Part shown: positions 1 to 9,600 of the stretch, one piece after another
How positions within the stretch are numbered: position 1 is the stretch's first letter
Layout: each line of letters opens with the position of its first letter
Origin: Candidatus Eiseniibacteriota bacterium
GTDB taxonomy: Bacteria > Eisenbacteria > RBG-16-71-46 > JABDJR01
Assembly (NCBI GenBank): GCA_963762255.1
Contig: CAVXKA010000003.1
Span: forward strand, 160,001-224,000
Reading direction: 5' to 3'
Length of the DNA stretch: 64,000 bases
The notes under the pieces: generated by a model
Databases searched by the model: none
What the model saw: only the letters and a program-made list of their open reading frames with translations
What the model was told of the DNA's origin: nothing
Program-made: the position numbers and the translations under genes

Positions 1-591
1 GGGGCGCCGCCACGAGCCCAACTCGGACCCGGTCTGCCCCCACACGCCCTGGAACCCCCAACCGGGTCCGAAGACGAGGAGGCGATCGCCGCTCCGGTCG
101 GTAACGACGGCGAGCCCGCTGCGGTCCACCGCAAGCCCCGCGGGCTCGATCACTCCCAAGCCCTGATCGTCAGCCACGCGAGCGAGGTCCACGGCAACTC
201 CGAGGTAGTTGCCGCGCAGATCGTACTGGTGCACCGCGCGGCCGGGGCCGTCGAGCGCGTAGAACGCGAGACCCGGTGCCGGCGCGAGCGCGGTCCACTC
301 CACGCGCGAACGGCCGGGACCGGGAAGTCGCGCGGTCTCGCGGCCGGCGGCGTCGAGAAGAAAGATGCGATTCTGGTCGGTCTCGGCCACGGCCCAGTTG
401 CCGTCCGAGAGAGGCAGAATCGCGGCGGGAAACCAGCGGTCGGCGGGCCCGGGGACGGGCCACATCGCGGCCACCGTATCCGCGCCGGCAGGGCCGCCCA
501 CGACGGGTGACGGCGGGAGCGATTCGGCGTGCCGCCCCGCGGCGCAGCCGAAGGCGCAGATCAACCCGAGAAACGCCGCCCCCCGGCGCAT
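1..591 (-). CDS. NHL-repeat/beta-propeller lipoprotein (runs off the left edge; partial)
   Basis: Not in the ORF track. Manual translation from ATG at 591 gives MRRGAAFLGLICAFGC (lipobox-like), then WAVAETDQNRIFLLD and PAGLAVDRSGLAVVTDRSGDRLLVF..WGQTGSELGSWRRP, which are NHL-type repeats. The frame is open to position 1. Confidence 0.75.
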   Translation of the reverse strand, partial: MRRGAAFLGLICAFGCAAGRHAESLPPSPVVGGPAGADTVAAMWPVPGPADRWFPAAILPLSDGNWAVAETDQNRIFLLDAAGRETARLPGPGRSRVEWTALAPAPGLAFYALDGPGRAVHQYDLRGNYLGVAVDLARVADDQGLGVIEPAGLAVDRSGLAVVTDRSGDRLLVFGPGWGFQGVWGQTGSELGSWRRP

Positions 592-619
592 GCGCGCCCG
601 AACGGGGTGACGCGCCGGA

Positions 620-1429
620 TCAGAACGAACGGCTGAGGGTGACGCGGGCGTTGGGCCCCTTCCGATCCGCATCGATCTCCCAGGAGAGGGTGGCCTGATC
701 CTTACCACGCGCGCGGCTTCTCGCGCTGATCAAGCCCACGTCGAGCACGGACAGGAGACGGTTGGCCACCATGAGCCCCACCGTGAGGTTGGCGCGATGG
801 TACGCGTCGAGGCTCGAGGAACGCATGTCCTTGAAGCGCTGACGCTCCTCCTCGCTCGCCCACCGCCAGGCGTCGTCGCCGGTGTACTCGTTCGCGGCGA
901 TGTACTCGTCCTGCCGTTCGCGATCGTTGGGAAAGATGGAGCGCGCCGCGCGGCGCACCTGCTCGTTCGCGCTGTAGGCCCCCTCCGAGGCGATGAAGTT
1001 GCCGACGATGCGGTAGTACTCGTCGTCGTCCCGCACGCTCACCCCCGCGCTCGCGCGCGCGTATTCCTGGAAGAGATCTTCGCGATGGCCGCCCTGCATC
1101 CGAAACACGCCGAACCCGGCCCAGATCGCCCCTTCCGCCACGAAGAACCCCTTCGCCCGCGAGCTGTGGCCGAGGTAGTGCTCGCCGAGGCCCGGCAGGA
1201 GCAGCGAGTAGAGCATGGCCAGCTTCGGGTTCTTCTCCCCCGCCGGCGTGGTCATGACCATGCCGCTTTCGGAGGACGCGTTCCGCAGAACGTCCTCAGC
1301 CGTGTACATCCGATCGGGCACCAGAAGAGGCGCCGCGGTCGCGTTCCGAGGCGCAGCCGGGACCACGGCCCCCGCGAGCAAGAGCCCACCGATAAGCGCC
1401 GCCAGGCGTTGTGCGTATCTCCGGGTCAT
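620..1429 (-). CDS. DUF5683-like exported/outer-membrane protein
   Basis: Start reassigned to ATG 1429 (MTRRYAQ.., signal peptide). Motif KNPKLAMLYSLLLPGLGEHYLG; C-terminal beta-strands ending LSRSF. Confidence 0.7.
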   Translation of the reverse strand: MTRRYAQRLAALIGGLLLAGAVVPAAPRNATAAPLLVPDRMYTAEDVLRNASSESGMVMTTPAGEKNPKLAMLYSLLLPGLGEHYLGHSSRAKGFFVAEGAIWAGFGVFRMQGGHREDLFQEYARASAGVSVRDDDEYYRIVGNFIASEGAYSANEQVRRAARSIFPNDRERQDEYIAANEYTGDDAWRWASEEERQRFKDMRSSSLDAYHRANLTVGLMVANRLLSVLDVGLISARSRARGKDQATLSWEIDADRKGPNARVTLSRSF

Positions 1430-1445
1430 GCGAGCCCCACCTCCA

Positions 1446-2249
1446 TCAGAAGCTTCTGGCCAACTCCACCCGCAGCGCAAGATCGCCGCGCGGTGACGCG
1501 CTCCAACCCATGCGCAGCGCGTGCGCTTCGTCTCTCTTGCGGCGATTGGACGCGCTCTTGGCCGCGTCCACCGCACTCACCACGTGGTTCAGGAACATCG
1601 CGGTGACCGCGTAGCGCGCCGCGCTGAACAGACCGTTGGCGTCGTCGCGCATCCCCTCGTACTCACCCCGGCGATCGAGCGCGTCCCAACCGCATGCGTA
1701 GACGTTCAGCCGCCCGATGTCCTCGTAATACTGGTCGCGCGCGTTCTCATAGACGTCGCGCAGCGCGTCGCGTTCGCGTTCGAAATCGACCGGCCCGAGG
1801 CCGTCGCCGCAGGAGGAGGCCGTCTCGTAGCGTTGCCACGCCCAATGCACGTCGGCATATTGCTGATAGTCCTCTTCGGCCTGGTTGCCCGCCGAGCGCA
1901 ACGCGACCGCCGAGAAGATCGAGACCACTTCCGCTCCGAGGTAGAACCATCCCCGGCGCTGCCCCTGCACGAGCTGTCCGGTTCCCGGCACCAGAGCGGA
2001 AAGGAACCCGGCGAGGGCGGGAGAGACGGAGCGTGAGCCGCCCTCTGCGCCGCCGTTCTCTTCTGCGAGCATCGCCAGGTACGGAGCCGTTTCCAAACGC
2101 GCCCCCGCCAGCCCGGGACGCTCGGCTCCAGCGCCCGCGGCGGACCACGCGAGCGCAGGCGCGGAGCCTGCCTCTCCCGCCGCACAGGGGATCGCGGCGC
2201 CAAGCGCACAGGGCACCCAGAGCAGCAGGAATGCCGCGGCCCGTCTCAT
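1446..2249 (-). CDS. DUF5683-like exported/outer-membrane protein, paralog of 620..1429
   Basis: Signal peptide; motif SPALAGFLSALVPGTGQLVQG; ends LARSF; start overlaps the M6 gene stop (ATGA). Confidence 0.7.
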   Translation of the reverse strand: MRRAAAFLLLWVPCALGAAIPCAAGEAGSAPALAWSAAGAGAERPGLAGARLETAPYLAMLAEENGGAEGGSRSVSPALAGFLSALVPGTGQLVQGQRRGWFYLGAEVVSIFSAVALRSAGNQAEEDYQQYADVHWAWQRYETASSCGDGLGPVDFERERDALRDVYENARDQYYEDIGRLNVYACGWDALDRRGEYEGMRDDANGLFSAARYAVTAMFLNHVVSAVDAAKSASNRRKRDEAHALRMGWSASPRGDLALRVELARSF

Positions 2250-5200
2250 CGCATCACCACGATCTTGGTTATGTCCACGGTGCTTCGACCTCTCATGTGG
2301 CGTTCCAGGCGACAGAGGTACAAACCCGGAGCGACGTCGCTGAGGTCCCAGCGTACCGCGTTTTCTCCCGGATGGAACCCTCCCCGCGGATCGAGCCGGG
2401 CATCGGCGATCTCGGCCCCGGTCAGATCGAAGAGCCTCAGACCCGCGGTCTCGTCGTCGTCCAGCAGGAAGCGGATCTCCGCCGCGCGGCGGGCGGGGTT
2501 CGGGAAGACGAGCAACCGGTCCGGGCCGAGGTCGGGCCCCTCCGCCGCGACCGGGCCCGCTGACGAGGCGGCCTGGAAGCCCCGGCCTTCCACGTCACCG
2601 CGGCCGAAACGCCAATCGCCGGCCATGGCCCGGGCTCCCGGGAGCCGGAAGGCAAGCAGCTCGCCATAGTCGCCCGTCGCCACCCAGGTGAGCCGCCCGT
2701 CCCCGTCCAGGTCTGCCACGAACGCGTCGGTGACCTGCGCGGACCCGGCTGTGCGGGGATACCCCGGCAGCTCGTGGCCGCGCCCGTCGAAGCCGTGGAA
2801 CCTCCCCTCGCCGTCGAGCACGAGCAGGTCGAGATCCTCATCACCGTCCAGGTCTACGATCTTGAGATCCTGGGTCGGGCCGACCACGAGGCGAGGCCAC
2901 CCCACCGCATAGCTCCCGTCCCCGTTCCACACCGCGACCAGCCCGGTGTCGGCGAGCGCCGCGATCTCGTCGAGTCCATCCCCATCAAGATCGCCCAGCG
3001 CGATTTCGGGGCTCACCATCCCCATCCCGGCCGGCAGCGCCCATGAAGCCTCCGGGGCCACACTGAGCCGAGAAGGGAGCCGGGAAAGGCCCAGCACGAA
3101 GACCGATCGCTCGGTCATCACGACAAGACGCGGCTCCTGGTCGGAGTCGGGAAATCCCGCGGCGAGGTGCACGACTTCGCCGCCGGAAATCTCGGTGACA
3201 TCCCCGTCCTCGGCATCGTCGAGATCGAAGGCCGCCAGACGCCCGCCGGCAAATGCGAGCGCGGCTCGGAAGAGCGCGGGAACCGCGTCGCCCGAAACCC
3301 GCCGGTCGGGGATCATGACCGGGCCGGCCGCCGGAAGCACCCCCGCCAAGCCGGCGGGCTCGCTGCGAAAAACCACGTCTCCCGGGACCAGAATCGCAAA
3401 GAGGCCGCCGGCCCCACCGAAGAGGACACGATCGGCGCCCTCGCCGCTGGGCCAGATCACAGGCGCCGTGCGCGCGGGCTCGACCGGGCGGTCACGAAGA
3501 AGATCGGCGCCGGATGCGTCCCACAGATGGAGGAGACCGCCGGTCTCGCTCGCGGCAAAGACGGGAACGCTTGGCCCGTCCCCGGCGCGCCGCTGGAACG
3601 CGGGGGACGCGGCGAGGCGAGGAACGAGACCGTTGTTCGCCGAGCCGAGGAGCGTGGTCACGAAGGGAGTGCCGTCCCTCTTCACCGCGCCCACCCCGTT
3701 CGCGCGGCTCGTCGGCGGCGCGAGGTTCAATCGCTCGAGTCCGAACAGCACCTCCGCACCACCGCCGTCGAGATCGAGCGGCACCGTGCCCCCCAAGGTC
3801 GTGGTGACCTCGGACGTCCAGGGCAAGTACACCGGCCACCCGCCGCGGGCGCCCGCGCGCTCGATCGTCACGTCCATGAAGCGCCCGGGGTTCGACGCGG
3901 TCGCGATGGTCACGCCCGACCACGCGCCGTCGTTGGCCGCGCTCGAGGGAATCGTCTCGGGTCCCAGACGGGGGTTGTTGTCGAGATAGAATGCGTCCTC
4001 GGGTGTGCCGAGATCGTAACGCCCCTGATCCCACGTGCCATCCGCCTCCACGATGGCGATGCCGCGTTGCTTGGTCCAGAGGTTCACCTGCCCGCGGTCG
4101 GCCAGCGCCGGCAGCACGAGTCGGTCGTCGATGTGCCAGACCAGAAGACCGCCCCCGGGGAGCACCGCGTCGTACTCGAACCGACCTCCTTGACCGGCAA
4201 GGTCGGGATCGTCCACCGGGCCCATGAACACGCCGGTCGTCGAATCCTGGCGCACGAACGGAAACCCGTTGCCGTCCAGGTCGAGTGCGCGGTTCTCGAC
4301 CAGGAAGTGCTCGTAATCGTCCACGATCACGAAGGGGAGCCTCGGGTCGGTCTCTGTCGCCTCGAGTGCGTCGCTCCAGCGCTCCTCGACGAGAAACGGT
4401 GCGACTCCCTTGGGGAACGCCTGCAGCTTGCTCCAGGGATCGAAGCTGGTGGGAAAGATGCCGATCGCCTCGAACTCCTCCTCCGTGACGGGATCCACGA
4501 CGATCGCGGGGATGTTCTCGCCGCTGTCCATGAGGCTCCAGTACCCCACTTGCGGCACACCGGTGAAGATGTTGTAGAGATCGGGGAGCCCCAGGACATG
4601 CCCGAACTCGTGGGCGAAGACGCCGTTCAGCGCGCCCAACCCGCCGTCCTGGCTCACCGTTTCCGGCAGCACGAGCACGCGCCCCACCTTGCCGGTGCTC
4701 ACCGAGAGCGATTCGCCGAGGCTCAACGTGAAGGTGGGAATGTCGCGGCTCGAGTTGCGATCGATGTCGCTCTGGTAGTCGGCGCCCGCGTGCACCACGA
4801 CGAACGCGCCGAACGCGGAGAAATCGATGTCCCCGCTCGCGTCAGCCGCGCGGACGGCGGCGGTGACGAATCGCTCCGCCCTCACGATGACGCTGTCCGC
4901 CTGCGAGACCGCCCAGGGTCCGAAGTCCATGGTGTCGCCGAGGTGATACGCGCTGTCGGGGTCGGAGGGAAACACCGTGGTCACGATGACCAGCGATCCG
5001 TAGGACTGCGCGGCGTAGTAGCGCGCGAGCGCCTCGGCGTGCGCCTCGAAATAGGGTTTGTTGTGGGGGGGCGGATCGACGGGAACGCCGGTCACGCCGG
5101 TGCGCAGATCGAAACGGCCGTCCCCTGTGGTCGAGTCACCCGCCGAGTCGCGCAGGAAATCCACGCGGAAGACGGCCAGTCGAAGGGTGTCGGGGGCGGG

Positions 5201-5488
5201 CTCGGCGGCGGCGGCAGCGAGCCCCATACGCACCAGTTCCGAAACCGGGCGAAACACGGGAGCGGCGGCGCCGGGCGCATAGAGATCGTCCGGAAACTCG
5301 CGCCGCCGGGTGAGAGCCCGCGGCAACTCGCTTAGGTCACGCGCGAGCGAAGGGACCGCCGAGACCCGCGCGGCCACCCGGTCCCGCTGGACGACCACTC
5401 GCGGCGAACCGGCCCCGGCCGAGGCCGGGACGGAGAGTCCCAGGAGACATGCCGCGACCAGAGCCCTGGGACGAATCCGTCTAATCAA
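2246..5488 (-). CDS. M6 family (immune inhibitor A-like) metalloprotease with FG-GAP repeats and T9SS-like CTD
   Basis: HEFGHVLGLPDLY zinc motif, WSLMDSG Met-turn, LVENR, DLDGDG repeats, C-terminal FPNP..GLYL..TKIVVMR. Confidence 0.85.
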   Translation of the reverse strand: MIRRIRPRALVAACLLGLSVPASAGAGSPRVVVQRDRVAARVSAVPSLARDLSELPRALTRRREFPDDLYAPGAAAPVFRPVSELVRMGLAAAAAEPAPDTLRLAVFRVDFLRDSAGDSTTGDGRFDLRTGVTGVPVDPPPHNKPYFEAHAEALARYYAAQSYGSLVIVTTVFPSDPDSAYHLGDTMDFGPWAVSQADSVIVRAERFVTAAVRAADASGDIDFSAFGAFVVVHAGADYQSDIDRNSSRDIPTFTLSLGESLSVSTGKVGRVLVLPETVSQDGGLGALNGVFAHEFGHVLGLPDLYNIFTGVPQVGYWSLMDSGENIPAIVVDPVTEEEFEAIGIFPTSFDPWSKLQAFPKGVAPFLVEERWSDALEATETDPRLPFVIVDDYEHFLVENRALDLDGNGFPFVRQDSTTGVFMGPVDDPDLAGQGGRFEYDAVLPGGGLLVWHIDDRLVLPALADRGQVNLWTKQRGIAIVEADGTWDQGRYDLGTPEDAFYLDNNPRLGPETIPSSAANDGAWSGVTIATASNPGRFMDVTIERAGARGGWPVYLPWTSEVTTTLGGTVPLDLDGGGAEVLFGLERLNLAPPTSRANGVGAVKRDGTPFVTTLLGSANNGLVPRLAASPAFQRRAGDGPSVPVFAASETGGLLHLWDASGADLLRDRPVEPARTAPVIWPSGEGADRVLFGGAGGLFAILVPGDVVFRSEPAGLAGVLPAAGPVMIPDRRVSGDAVPALFRAALAFAGGRLAAFDLDDAEDGDVTEISGGEVVHLAAGFPDSDQEPRLVVMTERSVFVLGLSRLPSRLSVAPEASWALPAGMGMVSPEIALGDLDGDGLDEIAALADTGLVAVWNGDGSYAVGWPRLVVGPTQDLKIVDLDGDEDLDLLVLDGEGRFHGFDGRGHELPGYPRTAGSAQVTDAFVADLDGDGRLTWVATGDYGELLAFRLPGARAMAGDWRFGRGDVEGRGFQAASSAGPVAAEGPDLGPDRLLVFPNPARRAAEIRFLLDDDETAGLRLFDLTGAEIADARLDPRGGFHPGENAVRWDLSDVAPGLYLCRLERHMRGRSTVDITKIVVMR

Positions 5489-6566
5489 ACCGCGCGACGA
5501 CCGAGAACTTGCTCACCCGAGGCAGGTCGAGCGCCTGCGGGATCGATGCGAAATCGAAGCCGAACCCCTTGAGGCGGAATCCGACACCGTACGTCATGGC
5601 CGTGATGCCACCGCTCTCGTCGCGGAGGTACCCCATGCGTCCAAAGACGAGATCGTTGAAGCCGACCTCGACGCCCCCGGAGGCGATGATCTCGTGGCGC
5701 TCGAAGTACGACAGCTCGCTCTTCACCGAATCCGGGAAATCCGCAAACACGAGACTCTTCTCGACGCCGATGCCGGCGAGGATGGAGTAGGAGTTCGGGA
5801 CTCGGGCCCCGTAGGAGACACCGAGCTTGAGATTGCGGGGAAGCGGGTCGGACTGCTTGTCCTCGGTGAGTGAGATGTTGGGCCCGAGATTGGCCACCGT
5901 GGCCCCGATTCCCAACGTCGTCGTCGCCGGACCGCTGCCGAAGAAACTGTCGGTCTCGCGCTCGAGCCGGTATAGCGCGCCCAGATCCACCCCGAAGCTC
6001 GTCCCCTGGCCGCCCTGCAACCCGAGTTGATCGCGGACGCTGCTGTCCACACCGCTCAGCAGATCGATGTAGACGAACTTGAGGTTCATGCCCAGGCCGA
6101 GGTTGGGAAGTACGGTGGTGCCCAGCGCCACCGAAGGCGCGAACTCGAACGAGGAAAACGTGCCGAGCTGGGTCGAGGATCCGTCGGTGAGCGGGCTCTC
6201 GCCGTAGTTCAGGTAGGAGATCGTCCCCGCGAGCCCGCCCCATCCCTCGATGTAGGTGGACGCGCCCAGGTACTCGAAGTAGACGGCGTCCTCGGAGAGA
6301 CCCTCCGCCAGCCGCGAGTGCATGAGGCCGGCGTTGATACCCCGGGTGAAGGCAAGCCCCGCGGGGTTCCACCATGGAGCGAAGGCATCATCGGCGACGG
6401 ACTGGTAGAAGCGTCCCGTAGCCTCGGCCCGTGCGCCCGGGGGGATTTGCAGCGAGAAGGCGCCGGCGGTGGATCCGGCCAGGGCGACCTGCGGAAGGGC
6501 CCCGGCGGCAAGGATCAGGCCCAAGCCGACGGCAAGGGGGCGGACAAACGCGTAGCGCAAACGCAT
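5481..6566 (-). CDS. porV: PorV/PorQ-family T9SS outer-membrane beta-barrel
   Basis: LQIPPGARAEATG..ADDAFAPWWNPAGLAF signature; amphipathic beta-strands; GGAGG RBS before ATG 6566; directly downstream of the porU-like gene. Confidence 0.75.
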   Translation of the reverse strand: MRLRYAFVRPLAVGLGLILAAGALPQVALAGSTAGAFSLQIPPGARAEATGRFYQSVADDAFAPWWNPAGLAFTRGINAGLMHSRLAEGLSEDAVYFEYLGASTYIEGWGGLAGTISYLNYGESPLTDGSSTQLGTFSSFEFAPSVALGTTVLPNLGLGMNLKFVYIDLLSGVDSSVRDQLGLQGGQGTSFGVDLGALYRLERETDSFFGSGPATTTLGIGATVANLGPNISLTEDKQSDPLPRNLKLGVSYGARVPNSYSILAGIGVEKSLVFADFPDSVKSELSYFERHEIIASGGVEVGFNDLVFGRMGYLRDESGGITAMTYGVGFRLKGFGFDFASIPQALDLPRVSKFSVVARFD

Positions 6567-6669
6567 GCTGAATCCTCCGTGAACACACTGCAGGCGAGAC
6601 AACTCGCTCTAGGAACCCAGGCAGGGTGTCCCGGTTCCCGGAAACCCCGTTGGGCGAAACCGACGTATC

Positions 6670-9600
6670 CTACCGGATCACCGCCAACCGCTCCAGATGG
6701 CGCCGCGTACCCCCCTCCCCTTTGGCCGTCAACTGAACCAGGTAAACCCCGTTGGCCACAACGTCTCCGGCCTCATCCTTCCCATCCCACGCGAAGGCGT
6801 TTCCTCCCGACACCGCATCCATGCTCCCCCGCCGGACCAGCCGACCCGAGACGGAGTACACCCTCACGGTGACCTGGGCGGGCAGATCCAGGGTGAAGAG
6901 CACCCGGGTCGGCTCGCCGTCCGGGTCGAACGGATTCGGATATGCGGCTACGGAGGTGAACCCGTTTCCGCCGGAGGCCTCTCCGACCTGGACCTCCAAG
7001 CTGATCTGGGTGCGATTGTTGTAGTTATCGGCCGCGCTCACGAGAACTGTGTATCGCCCCGCTTCGAGGTCTGGAACCGGGAAGACGACCCGCCCGCGGG
7101 TGGCACTTCCCGGGTCGTAGGCGAAACGGGAGGTGATGTCCTGCCGTGTCCGCTCAAGACCCGCTTCGTCGAACACCTTGAGCTGAACGGAAAGGAACTC
7201 GAAGATCCCGGTCAGGTTGATTCCGCCGGGATCCTCCAACACGACCTCCACTTGTTGGCCGGGGCGCCAGGATGCCCCCGCCGCCGAAAACGTGATGGCC
7301 GGCCCAAGCGTGTCCGGCGATGCCGAACTCTGGGGCACCACCGGAAGCACCAGAACCCCCGCACCGTCCCACCCTTCGCCCGAGGCATAGACGCGAACTC
7401 TTCCATCGGGTCCGCCGCGCAGGGCCACCGGGACCGTGAACTGCACATGCGCCGTATCGGCTACGAGCGTGGCGGTGCCGCGGTAGATCGTGGCGCCCGG
7501 GAGACGGTACGGGTCGATCGCCGCACCCTTCTCGTTCTGGCTCCTCACCAACCGCGCGTCCTGCGCCAACACGTCGAGATCGCCCGTCCCGACGCCGCTC
7601 GCCTCGACGCGCACATCCACCACACTCCCCCGCTCCAACCGATCCGGCCCTTGAACTTGCAGGGTACGCCCGGGAGTGCTGATCCGGCTTGCGGGATCGC
7701 CAAGACAAACGTACCTGTCGTCCCCGCCCCTGCCCCGCTTGGCTCGCATGAGCGACACCCCTGCCGGCACCGACTGCGAGAGATCCGCGGCGTCTGGGAA
7801 CATGCCTCGGACGAAGTCGATGTTCATGGGCCCGTTACTCGGGGAAGAGGTCAGGTACGTCGCCGCGGCCGAGACCAGGGCGCCCGTTCCGTGGGCCAGC
7901 ACCAGCGACTCCCCGATCCCCTGCTGGGCGGTCTTGGAGAACTTGCCCACGCTGCACGAGAAGGCGCTGAACACAGGAAGCCGGTTGTCGTTGGTCAGGG
8001 TCGGGACATCGGCCAGATCGAAGACATGCTCATCAGCGAGCACCACGTCCGCGCCGTGCCCGATGTAGTTCATCAGCCACGCCCCATCGCTCCAGGCGCG
8101 CAGGAGCGCCCGCTTCGCGTCGGGCTTGCTGTTTGTGGGGCACTCCTGCCCGTACTCGTACAGGTAGATCTTTTGCCGATCGAAGGGGGCGGGTATGACA
8201 GCGTCCAAAAGCTCGGTCTGCAACACATGGGGGAGGTTGTCCAGTCTGCCGTTCTGGCACTTGTCGTCCGCGACGAGAATGGCCTTGGTGCGCCAGGCTC
8301 CGTGGGCGGGCGCGCGCTCCGAGCGGATCACCTTGTCGACGACGACGTCACGCGCCTCCTGGCGGTTGGTCACGGTGATACGGCCGAGGTAGATGTCCGT
8401 GAACGAGTCGAAGGGTCCGTGGAAACGGGCCAGCGGATCGTCGGTCACGTACTGCACGTTTCCGTATGAAATATCGAAAATGCTGGCGCGGTTATCCTCC
8501 CAGGACGGCACGAAGTCCAGGATCCCCGACTGCTCGTTGTCGCGGAAATCGTAGGTGTGATCGCCGAAGAAGAGGCAGTAGGAGAGGCGGTCGTCGCTTC
8601 CACAGGCGCCGTAGTATCGGTAGGTGTATTCGAGGAAGTGGCGGAGCGCGATCGGATCCCACATCCCGTAGGTGAACTCGTCCATGATGTCGTTCACACG
8701 GACCACGCGCACCCGCGCCTCGCGCGTGTCCGTGATCTCGTACAGGTTCGCGCGCCGCCACGCGGCGAGGATCTCCGCCTCCTCCGCGAAATCGTCGTAG
8801 GCGATGATGACGTAGTCGATCGGCTCCCGGGTGTCGCGCAACCAGCGCACGTCGCTCCCGCCGGGACGCAGCCGAGGCGAGGTCTTCAGCGACACCTTCG
8901 CAGGCACCGGGACGCCGGACGCGGGTACGAACGCCACCACCGCCGACGCTGCGCGGTCCATGGCGAACTCCAGCGTCGCCGTCGTTCCCGAACCCGCCGT
9001 CACCCCGCCCGTCAGCTCGCGCGGGTTGCGGGGATCGGTGACGTCGAGCACGACGAGCGTGCCCGCCGGCGGTCGCGCGATCCGAACGGTGCGCCCGGCC
9101 TCACCGGCGTCGATCTCCAACTCCCCAGCCTTGCTGTCGGCGTTCAGCGTGCGCCGGTAGGCGAGATCGATCCACGCCAAATGAACGTAGTCGCGGCGGT
9201 CCGGGTTGGTCCCCACCGCCGGCACGGTGAAGATCATCGTGTCGGGGGAGTCGGTGACCACGTCGGCCAATTCCACATCGAAATGGGTGTATGCCGCACT
9301 CCCCAAGCCGCCCCAGACCGCCAACGGCGCCGGCGTGCCGTTCACATCGATCTGGACGTGGTGCTGCGCCTCCTCACCCACCGCGCCGTTCAGGGGGACG
9401 ACATAACCCCACAGGCGGACACGAGCGTCGAAGGTGCTTCCCGCCGCCACATGAGGAAGCACGATCTGCTTCACGCGGGGAGGGTTCTTGCTGTCGAAGC
9501 TGTCCCAGAACCACGTCTCCCAGCGGTACCCCGCCTCGTACATCGAGGGATCGTAGATCCCGTTCTGCTCGAGGTGGAGCCGGGCCTCGCTCTCGGTAAC

